Shown piece by piece: positions 11,953-18,830 of a stretch of 64,000 nucleotides of DNA; position 1 is the stretch's first letter; every line of letters starts with the position of its first letter. Source of the DNA: an uncultured Chloroflexia bacterium (GTDB lineage Bacteria > Chloroflexota > Limnocylindria > Limnocylindrales > CSP1-4); assembly GCA_963813225.1 (NCBI GenBank), contig CAWEYB010000001.1, forward strand, positions 1,408,362 to 1,472,361, in the 5' to 3' direction. The translations under genes and the position numbers were made by a program. The notes under the pieces were generated by a model. The model saw only the letters and a program-made list of their open reading frames with translations. It did no database searches and had not been told where the DNA came from.

Positions 11953-11988
11953 CAAAAACGAGACGCCCCTCCGAGGGGACGTCTCGTT
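11953..11988 (-). terminator. rho-independent terminator of the small lipoprotein gene
   Basis: The minus strand reads AACGAGACGTCCCCTCGGAGGGGCGTCTCGTT followed by TTTGGA. This gives a stem of about 14 bp with one bulge and then a T-run. It begins 16 nt after the stop at 12005. Confidence 0.75.
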
Positions 11989-12004
11989 GCTCGCTCGAGC
12001 TCGA

Positions 12005-12169
12005 TCAGGAGGGGCTTGCCGCCGGTGACGAGGAGTCGACCGGGGTCACCGGGCTGGACTCGGTCGACGGGACCGGTGCGATGGTCGGGGACTCGCTGCT
12101 GGACGACGAATTGCATGCGCCGACGAACAGCGCGGTGGCCACGATCAACATGGCAAGGACGGCTCTCAT
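12005..12169 (-). CDS. small secreted lipoprotein (54 aa), Ser/Pro/Thr-rich
   Basis: It is absent from the ORF track because it is under 60 aa. ATG 12169 follows GGAGAA. The product is MRAVLAMLIVATALFVGAC-NSSSSSESPTIAPVPSTESSPVTPVDSSSPAASPS, a signal peptide with a lipobox (VGA|C). The stop is TGA 12005-12007, followed by a hairpin and T-run. Confidence 0.65.
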   Translation of the reverse strand: MRAVLAMLIVATALFVGACNSSSSSESPTIAPVPSTESSPVTPVDSSSPAASPS

Positions 12170-12291
12170 GACAGGATTCTCCTCGTGCGTGTGGGGTCAT
12201 CCAAGGCTAGGTCGAGGGTCGTCTGACGAGTACTTCGGGAACCGGCGCGAGCGTTGCAGGACCCTCTAACCGACCGCTGCTCGACGACCAG

Positions 12292-12335
12292 GACGCGGCG
12301 AAGCCCCCGGATAGAAGGCCGGGGGCTTCGCCGCG
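12292..12335 (-). terminator. strong GC hairpin downstream of the 65-aa gene (U-tract-less terminator candidate)
   Basis: A perfect 18-bp stem (ACGCGGCGAAGCCCCCGG / CCGGGGGCTTCGCCGCGT) with an 8-nt loop. It lies 13 nt beyond the stop at 12348 on the minus strand. Confidence 0.55.
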
Positions 12336-12347
12336 TGGAAGAAGGGA

Positions 12348-12545
12348 CTAGCGGGGGTCGGTCACGTCGTGCTGGACGTCCTGTCCGACTTCGCGGGCGG
12401 TGTCGCCGGCGTTGCCGAGGTCCTTGCGGATCTCGTCGCCCGCGTCGCCGATCTTGTCGGCCGGACCCTCGCTGCCGTCGCTCTCGCGCCAGGCCTGCTT
12501 GCTGTCCTTCTCGACGTCACGGTAGGTGCGCTTCACGTCATCCAT
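12348..12545 (-). CDS. small acidic hypothetical protein (65 aa; CsbD-like stress-protein flavour, weak)
   Basis: ATG 12545 inside track ORF 12348..12623 is preceded by GGGAGAA. The product is MDDVKRTYRDVEKDSKQAWRESDGSEGPADKIGDAGDEIRKDLGNAGDTAREVGQDVQHDVTDPR. Confidence 0.55.
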   Translation of the reverse strand: MDDVKRTYRDVEKDSKQAWRESDGSEGPADKIGDAGDEIRKDLGNAGDTAREVGQDVQHDVTDPR

Positions 12546-12651
12546 CGGTCGGTTCTCCCAGGTCTCGGTCGCGACATTCGGTGCGCGACCCTTGATGCCA
12601 CGGTAGGGGCGGTGACGTGCCACGCAGTCACCCGACTTCGGGGTCCCGCTA

Positions 12652-13047
12652 TCAACCGCCTTGCAGGCGAGACGAGGCCGCCGACTTCTTGGCGGCTCGC
12701 GTCACACGATCGAGCAGGTTGAACCCGAGCATGGCGGCGGGCAGCAGGGCGGCCCCGACCAGGAAGCGGTTCGCGCCCCCGATGAGGAGGCCCATCGCGA
12801 ACCCGAACGACAGCAACGATCCGGCGGCGAGCATCTCGTCGCTGCCGGCACTGATCTGGCGGTTCGCGTCCTCGAAGGCGGCACGGGTCGTGGCGGCCAC
12901 CTCGGGGAGCCGCGCGACGGCATCCGCGGCAGTGTCCTTGACCGACTCGGCGGCGCCGGAGACGGTCTCGCCGACGGCGGCAAGCCTTCCGTCGTCGGCC
13001 GTGGTGCGGCTGGCGGTGGTCGGTCGATCGGATGTGGGCGTCGTCAT
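12652..13047 (-). CDS. hypothetical membrane-anchored protein (131 aa)
   Basis: Track ORF 12652..13047. AAGGAG lies 7 nt upstream of the ATG. The N-terminal half is hydrophilic and Ala/Thr-rich. Two hydrophobic helices follow (AAGSLLSFGFAMGLLIGG, FLVGAALLPAAMLGFNLL). Codon usage matches the neighbours. Confidence 0.65.
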   Translation of the reverse strand: MTTPTSDRPTTASRTTADDGRLAAVGETVSGAAESVKDTAADAVARLPEVAATTRAAFEDANRQISAGSDEMLAAGSLLSFGFAMGLLIGGANRFLVGAALLPAAMLGFNLLDRVTRAAKKSAASSRLQGG

Positions 13048-13423
13048 CGGTCGTCTCCTTCAGTGGTCTGGGATGGGATGGCGGTGTCGTGGCCCGGACA
13101 TGGCAACGGACGACCCGGGGAGGGGGCCCGGGTCGTCCGTGCGAGTCCTGGTGCGCCCCGTCACTGGCGCTCCAGGGGTACGAGTGCTTGTGATGTCGAG
13201 CGACAGCGTAGGTGTGCGTCCGGTGCAACAACGAAACGATGGTTCGCCAAGACATTGCAATTCCATCGCATCGGCCCTCGGCGTCGCTCGACGGTGGTGG
13301 AGCGTCGGTCCCCGGACCCCCAGTGGCACGGGGACCGACTCGATCCAGCATGCCGGGGCGCCTGTCGCGGACAGACCGGCGTCATGGTCGCTGGCGTTGC
13401 AGTCGCATGGCGTCCCGCCACAT

Positions 13424-13458
13424 GAAAAGAGCCCTCATCCCGGTCGGGATGAGGGCTC
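13424..13458 (-). terminator. rho-independent terminator of the GlsB/YeaQ-family gene
   Basis: The minus strand reads GAGCCCTCATCCC-GACC-GGGATGAGGGCTC followed by TTTTCATG. The stem is 13 bp and perfect. It starts about 20 nt after the stop at 13478. Confidence 0.8.
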
Positions 13459-13477
13459 CTGTCGAGCGAACTGAGGG

Positions 13478-13747
13478 TCAGACGGTGCTGCGCGACCGCG
13501 TCGTGATGAGGTTGACGAGCACGACGACGATGATCGCGCCGATCACCGCCACGACGATCGTGGTGATGTCGAGGGGCCCATCGAGCTTGACGTTGAACAG
13601 TGCGCTGGCGAGGAACCCGCCGACGAGGGCACCGACGATGCCGAGGACGATGTGGCCGATCACGCCGAGTCCTTCGTCGCCCTTGACGAGGAAGCCAGCC
13701 AGGTAGCCGGCGATGGCGCCGAGGACGATCCACGCGATGATGGTCAT
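13478..13747 (-). CDS. GlsB/YeaQ/YmgE family stress-response membrane protein
   Basis: ATG 13747 inside track ORF 13478..13762, with GGAGG 8 nt upstream. MTIIAWIVLGAIAGYLAGFLV.G...G.IGHIVLGIVGALVGGFL...VVAVIGAIIVVVL matches the transglycosylase-associated (GlsB/YeaQ) pattern. Confidence 0.85.
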   Translation of the reverse strand: MTIIAWIVLGAIAGYLAGFLVKGDEGLGVIGHIVLGIVGALVGGFLASALFNVKLDGPLDITTIVVAVIGAIIVVVLVNLITTRSRSTV

Positions 13748-14025
13748 TGCGATTGCCTCCATCCATCCGGCCGCCGCGCGTCCGGGTCTGGGTTGAGCGG
13801 GTCGGTCCCGGAGCCCGGGACCCTGCAGCCACTGTCGCGTCCCCGGATCAGCGGCCGGACAACGTTCGCCACGCGCGCCATATCAATCGGATGTCAGCGT
13901 GGGCGGGTCCACGCTCGGACCTGCAATCAATCTGCGATGACCGGAGGAACGGCTCGCGCATGCGCGGGATGGGCCACGTTCGATGCTCGCGGAGACAGCC
14001 CCGCCAGCACGAAGGGACCTTATCG

Positions 14026-14175
14026 ATGCTTCACGATCCCATCTCGCGCGTCGACCAGGGCCGGATCGCCGATCCGGCGGAGGGCGCGCGCGACGACCGC
14101 GCGATGTCCGTGCTCCAGTACGCGACGGCCGGTCTGGCCCTCGTGGTCGTGGCGATCCTCGCGGTCCTCCGCTGA
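14026..14175 (+). CDS. possible 49-aa tail-anchored small ORF upstream of corA
   Basis: ATG 14026 follows GAAGGGA. The product MLHDPISRVDQGRIADPAEGARDDRAMSVLQYATAGLALVVVAILAVLR ends in a hydrophobic helix. It is the end of track ORF 13747..14175. No homology is recognised. Confidence 0.3.
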   Translation: MLHDPISRVDQGRIADPAEGARDDRAMSVLQYATAGLALVVVAILAVLR

Positions 14176-14228
14176 GCCAGCTGCCCCCCGTCCGATCCGG
14201 GCCGGCGGCCGGCGGTCCGCGGGCACGC

Positions 14229-15185
14229 CTGTACGACGCCGATGGCCAGGACCGCGAGATCGACCTCGACGAGGCGTCTCCGGACCGGATCGGCGATCGT
14301 CAGCTGGTGTGGATCGACATCGACGGCCGCGAGCGAGCCGACCTCGACCGGATCGCGACCATCGTCGGTCTCGAGCCTCGCCTCGTCGCCAGGCTCGCCG
14401 ATCCTCCGGAGCGCGCGGACTTCACCGCGTGGCCCGACCACATCCACCTCATCCTCGTGGCCCTCGAGCCCGCGTCCGACGATGGCGACGCGACGCGGCT
14501 CGAGCGCCGCCCGCTGGACCTCGTCGCAGGCCGGAACTGGGTCGTGACGGTCCATGACGGCCCGGTCCGCGCGTTCGCCCGGTTCGACGCCACGACCGAA
14601 GGCGAGACGACGCTCGGTGCGCTCGACGCCGCCGGCTTCCTGGCCGCGATCACGGACGAGGTCCTGGCCGATTACCTCGAGCTCGTCGAGGCGATGGAGC
14701 AGGAGATCGATGCCCTCGACGAGCGCGCCCTGCGCCGACCGCGGGGCACCGAGCTGCTCGTCGCGATCGTCGGGCTGCGTCGTCGGATCGGATACGTCCG
14801 ACGGACCCTCGCCCCGCATCGGATCGCGTTCACGGCCCTCGCTCGGCCCGAGATGGAGCTGCACGACGAGCTCGGCAAGCCGTGGCCGGCGCTGACCGAC
14901 CGGCTCGAGCGCGCACTCGACGCCGTCGAGAACCTGCGCGACCTGCTGCTCGGGACGTTCGACATCCACATGGGCAGGGCGGCCCAGGACGCGAACGAGG
15001 TCATGAAGGTCCTGACCATGCTGTCGGCCGTGCTGCTGCCCGCAGTCGTCCTGGCCGGCGTGATGGGGATGAACTTCCAGCCGCCCTTCTTCAGCAATCC
15101 CGACAACTTCTGGGTCGTGATCGGCGCGATGGTCGCGCTGGCCGTCGGGGTCCTGCTCGTGGCACGCTGGCGTCGCTGGCTCTGA
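14229..15185 (+). CDS. corA: magnesium/cobalt transporter CorA; true start unresolved
   Basis: This is the C-terminal ~320 codons of track ORF 13983..15185. It has the GMN motif (VLAGVMGMNFQ), two C-terminal TM helices and the typical soluble N-domain. The tracked N-terminal ~80 aa are Arg/Pro junk. There is no ATG or GTG in frame between 14100 and 14300, so CTG 14229 is only a placeholder. Confidence 0.8.
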   Translation: MYDADGQDREIDLDEASPDRIGDRQLVWIDIDGRERADLDRIATIVGLEPRLVARLADPPERADFTAWPDHIHLILVALEPASDDGDATRLERRPLDLVAGRNWVVTVHDGPVRAFARFDATTEGETTLGALDAAGFLAAITDEVLADYLELVEAMEQEIDALDERALRRPRGTELLVAIVGLRRRIGYVRRTLAPHRIAFTALARPEMELHDELGKPWPALTDRLERALDAVENLRDLLLGTFDIHMGRAAQDANEVMKVLTMLSAVLLPAVVLAGVMGMNFQPPFFSNPDNFWVVIGAMVALAVGVLLVARWRRWL

Positions 15186-15187
15186 CC

Positions 15188-16696
15188 CTACTCGTGGAGG
15201 ATGCGGATGGCGAAGCCGAACTCGGCCCCGCCGCTCTCCCGCGGGAGCGCCCAGATGCGGCCGCCCATGGCGGCGATCAGCCGGGCGCACACGAACAGCC
15301 CGATCCCGGCGCCGCCGGCTGTCCCGGCCGTGCCGGGGGAGCGGTAGAAGAGCTCGAACAGGCGACCGGCCTCGTCGGCGGGAAAGCCCGGGCCATCGTC
15401 GAGGATGCGGGTGACGACCTCGTCTTCGTGGGCGACCACGGCGACGGTCACCGTGCTGCCGGCGCCGCTGTACTTGGCGGCGTTGGACAGGAGGTTGCGG
15501 ATGACCTGCTCGACGTAGGTCGGGTCCGCCGAGACGGTCGGGAGTCCCGGCATGATGTCGAGCGTGAACGTGACGCCAGGCCAGCGAATCTGCTCCGAGG
15601 TGACCACCCGTGGCACGAGCCGTTGGAAGAGCACCGGCTCGAGACCCATCTCGCCCGGCCCTTCGCCGAACCGGTTGAGCGCGACGACGTCCTCGACCAG
15701 CCGCTGGAGCCGCTCGGCCTCGGTGTGGATGTCCTGGAAGATCCCGCGCTTCGTCTCTTCGTCGAGCGTCGAGGCCTCCCGGGCCAGGAGCTTGGCGCCA
15801 CCGAAGATGGTCGTCACCGGCGTCCGCAGCTCGTGCGACAGGATGCCGATGAACGTCTCGCGGACGGCCTCGCGGCGACGCGCCTCGGTCACGTCGCGCA
15901 TCACCACGATGGTCTCGTCGCCGCTCGTGGCGTGTCCCAGCGAGTCGTTGACCGGGTAGGTCGAGATCTCGACCCATCGGTCCCGGTCGCGCCGGGTGGG
16001 CAGCTCGATCGGTCCGCCGGCCGACCGGAGGCGCGGCGCGGCACCGGTCGGGTCGTGGAGCTCGGCGAGGATGTCGGCGTACGACCGTTCGTCGACCTCC
16101 GGGAACAGGCGATGGGCGGCCGGGTTGGCGAGGCTGATGGTGCCGTCGGCCGCGCACACGATGACGGCCTCACCCATGGCGCTGATGACGGCATTGAGCT
16201 CCGCCGCCCGGGCATGCTCGGCCTGGGCGAGGCGCTGCAGCCGCACCTGGACCTCGATCCGCTCGCCGATGTCGCGCGCGATGGCGACGACCCCGCGCGT
16301 CCCGTCGGGCAGCTCGACCGGCCGGGCGACGAATTCGACCGAGATCGACCGATCGTCGCTGAGCCGGAGCTCGGTCAGGACCGTCTGGACATCCCGTTCG
16401 GGCGGCGAGGTCGCCTCCGCCGGACGGCTCAGGCGGGCGACGGTGGCCGGCCCAAGGAACTCGTCGAGTCGGCGGCCCACGAGCTCGTCGGCCGAGCGCT
16501 CGAACAGCTCGCACGCCCCGCGGTTGACGTCATGGATCGAACCGGTCTCGGGGTCGAAGACGAGGATCGCCTCGGCGATCGAATCGACGATGGTCTGGGC
16601 CAGCCCGGGATGAGGCAGTCGGTCGGGACGTGGGGCCCCTGCGGACCGCCCGACGGGCGGCGCTTCGGTCTCTGCGGGCGAAGTGGACTCTGGCAC
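15188..16696 (-). CDS. cytoplasmic PAS-domain sensor histidine kinase (2 PAS + HisKA + HATPase_c)
   Basis: Intact track ORF of 502 aa. Two PAS-like segments are present (IVDSIAEAILVFD..., AVISAMGEAVIVCAADGTISLANPAA...). H-box SHELRTPVTTIFGG, N-box IRNLLSNAAKYS, G1 DDGPGF, G2 GAGIGLFV. It is convergent with corA, with 2 nt between the stops. Confidence 0.9.
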   Translation of the reverse strand: MPESTSPAETEAPPVGRSAGAPRPDRLPHPGLAQTIVDSIAEAILVFDPETGSIHDVNRGACELFERSADELVGRRLDEFLGPATVARLSRPAEATSPPERDVQTVLTELRLSDDRSISVEFVARPVELPDGTRGVVAIARDIGERIEVQVRLQRLAQAEHARAAELNAVISAMGEAVIVCAADGTISLANPAAHRLFPEVDERSYADILAELHDPTGAAPRLRSAGGPIELPTRRDRDRWVEISTYPVNDSLGHATSGDETIVVMRDVTEARRREAVRETFIGILSHELRTPVTTIFGGAKLLAREASTLDEETKRGIFQDIHTEAERLQRLVEDVVALNRFGEGPGEMGLEPVLFQRLVPRVVTSEQIRWPGVTFTLDIMPGLPTVSADPTYVEQVIRNLLSNAAKYSGAGSTVTVAVVAHEDEVVTRILDDGPGFPADEAGRLFELFYRSPGTAGTAGGAGIGLFVCARLIAAMGGRIWALPRESGGAEFGFAIRILHE

Positions 16697-16900
16697 GGCT
16701 CCTCGATGCTTCTAGGCGGCCGTCCGCCGAGCACGCCGAAGGCCGGCCGAACCAACCCAGTGTGACCCGGTGCCTCCTTACGCGTGGCGCGCGGCCGCAC
16801 GTGAGCGCCTTGCAACCGCATCGCAACTGCTGATCCGGCGGCGTGGCTATACTTCGGGACCCCCAGATCAACGACAAGCCACGTTGCGGAGTCCAGCACG

Positions 16901-17680
16901 TTGCACGTCGCGCCGGGCCACCTCAGGACGCTCAGTCAGGGCGGCCTCCACGTCCGATTCACCATCCTCGACTCGATGGCGTATGTCCTTGCCCAGACGC
17001 AGGCCGGCGGGTCGGCTGGGACGCCGCTCGAGCGACCGTGCACCGATGCTCATTGGGGCTTCGTCATCGACGGTGAGCTGACCTTCATCCGTGGCCGACG
17101 CCGTGAGACCATCCGGTCGGGCCAGGCCTTCCACGTGCCGGCCGGCGGCCCGTCACACCGGTTCGAGACCGCGGGCCGGGTGGCCCTCGCGGGCTTCGCG
17201 CCGGTCGACCCCGCCATCGACGTGAGCGACACCCGACTGACGGCCTCGGGGTTCACGGTGGTCGCCCGACGATCGGGCGGCGTCATCGTGCCGCCGGTCA
17301 GGCCGCTCGACGTGCCAGCGGGAGCGATCGACAGCGAGGCGTGGCAGATGTCGGGCCTCGTCATGAGCCGCGTCCGGATGGGCGAGCGGAGCGGCTATCG
17401 CTCCGGCTGGTGCGACGCTCCCCACTGGGGCCTGGTCATCTCCGGGAGCATGACCATCGAGTGGGAGCAGGATGTCGAGGTGGTCGCGGCGGGCGACGTC
17501 TTCCATTGCCCGGCCGGCCCGCCAGGTCACCGGATCGAGGCCGCCGACCCGGCCACCTTCATCGATCTCACGCCGATCGGCGCCTTCGGGAGCGGCTGCC
17601 GCCTGGCGGACTGGCGGCGTGCCGCCGGCGATTCGCCGGCTGTGGCCGAGCACGGGATCGCGGTCACGGCCCTCGGCTGA
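16901..17680 (+). CDS. bicupin (two cupin_2-like domains) protein
   Basis: Track ORF 16901..17680 (TTG start; ATG 16976 is an alternative). Two repeats of the cupin pattern are present (HWGFVIDGELTF...GQAFHVPAGGPSHRFE and HWGLVISGSMTIEW...GDVFHCPAGPPGHRIE). Confidence 0.7.
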   Translation: MHVAPGHLRTLSQGGLHVRFTILDSMAYVLAQTQAGGSAGTPLERPCTDAHWGFVIDGELTFIRGRRRETIRSGQAFHVPAGGPSHRFETAGRVALAGFAPVDPAIDVSDTRLTASGFTVVARRSGGVIVPPVRPLDVPAGAIDSEAWQMSGLVMSRVRMGERSGYRSGWCDAPHWGLVISGSMTIEWEQDVEVVAAGDVFHCPAGPPGHRIEAADPATFIDLTPIGAFGSGCRLADWRRAAGDSPAVAEHGIAVTALG

Positions 17681-18822
17681 GCCGGGCCGGCGTCACCCGG
17701 CCGCCGCCATCGCGCGAATCGGGGAGCGACTCACCGTAGGACTCGACCTCCTCCTCGTCGGGGGTCTCGATGGCGGCCGGGTCCTGGGCCACCGGCACCG
17801 CACGGGCCTGCAGGCGACTGAGGACGATCTCGATGGACGCCGCGACCGGCACCGCGAGGAACGCGCCGACCAGGCCGCCGGCCGCGCCGCCGACCAGGAG
17901 GCTGAGCAGGACGAGGAGCGGTGAGATGCCGATCGTGTTGCGCATGACGACCGGCACCAGGACGCTGCCCTCGAGCAGCTGCAGGACGATATAGACGCCG
18001 GCGACCACGACGGCCAGCTGCGGTGACACGGTGGTCGCGACGAGGATCGCGGGGATGGCGCCGAGCAGCGGTCCCGACGATCGGGATGGCTTCGGTCAGC
18101 GCCGCGATCATGCCGAGCAGCAGCGCCCCGGGCAGCCCGAGGAGGGTGTAGGCGATGCCGGTCGCGAGGCCCATCGTGCCCATCAGGATGAGCTGCCCGC
18201 GGACCCACAGCCCGAGCCGCGTCTCGATCTCGTTCCAGGCCTCGCGCGCGCCGGCGCGCCCGTCGGCCGGCACGTATGCCAGCAGGTAACGCTGGAGCCT
18301 GGCGTGCTCGACGAGCCAGAAGAAGACGATCGTCAGGAGGGTGGTCACGGTGATGGCGGCGGTCGCCGCGATGGTCCCGACCTGGACGACCTCGTTCGGG
18401 TCGGGCGGCTTGACCGCGGTGGCGTCCCTGGCCGAGTCCACGAGCGCGATGATCGACCGCGACAGCGCGCCCGGCCGCAGGGTGGAGGCCCACTGCTGCG
18501 TGTGATCGAAGAAGGCGGGCAGTCGCGCCATGACCGTCTGGCCCTGGCCGATCGCGGCCGGGACCACGATGAGGGCGAGGCCGATGACGGTCACGAAGAA
18601 CGTCAGGTAGACGATCAGGATCGTCGCCCCGCGCCCGAGCGGCAGCCGGTCGCGGATCCCTCCGACGAACGGCTCGAGCGCGGATCCGAGGAGGATCGCG
18701 ATGAACAGGAGCAGGAGGACGTGGGCAGCGGCGACGCCTAGGGCGATAAGGCCCACGACCAGCGCGACGCCGGCTGCCAGGCCCATGCCGCGGACCGTCC
18801 AGGGGATCACATCAGCGCGCAT
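17664..18822 (-). pseudogene. AI-2E family transporter (PerM/UPF0118), one +1 frame break near 18072
   Basis: ATG 18822 lies 8 nt after the PBP stop. The N-terminal 250 codons (frame of track 17731..18978) run to ...GMIAALTEAIPIVG. The sense continues in the frame of track 17664..18029 as PLLGAIPAILVATTVSPQLAVVVAGVYIVLQLLEGSVLVPVVM... The extra base looks like the A in GGG-A-CCGCTGCTC. Confidence 0.85.
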
Positions 18823-18830
18823 GCGGCGAC

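Noticed and set aside
14031-16157. 708-aa minus-strand ORF spanning corA (antisense) and part of the PAS kinase (out of frame)
   Set aside because: It conflicts with two strongly supported genes, and its translation is Arg/Pro-rich junk.
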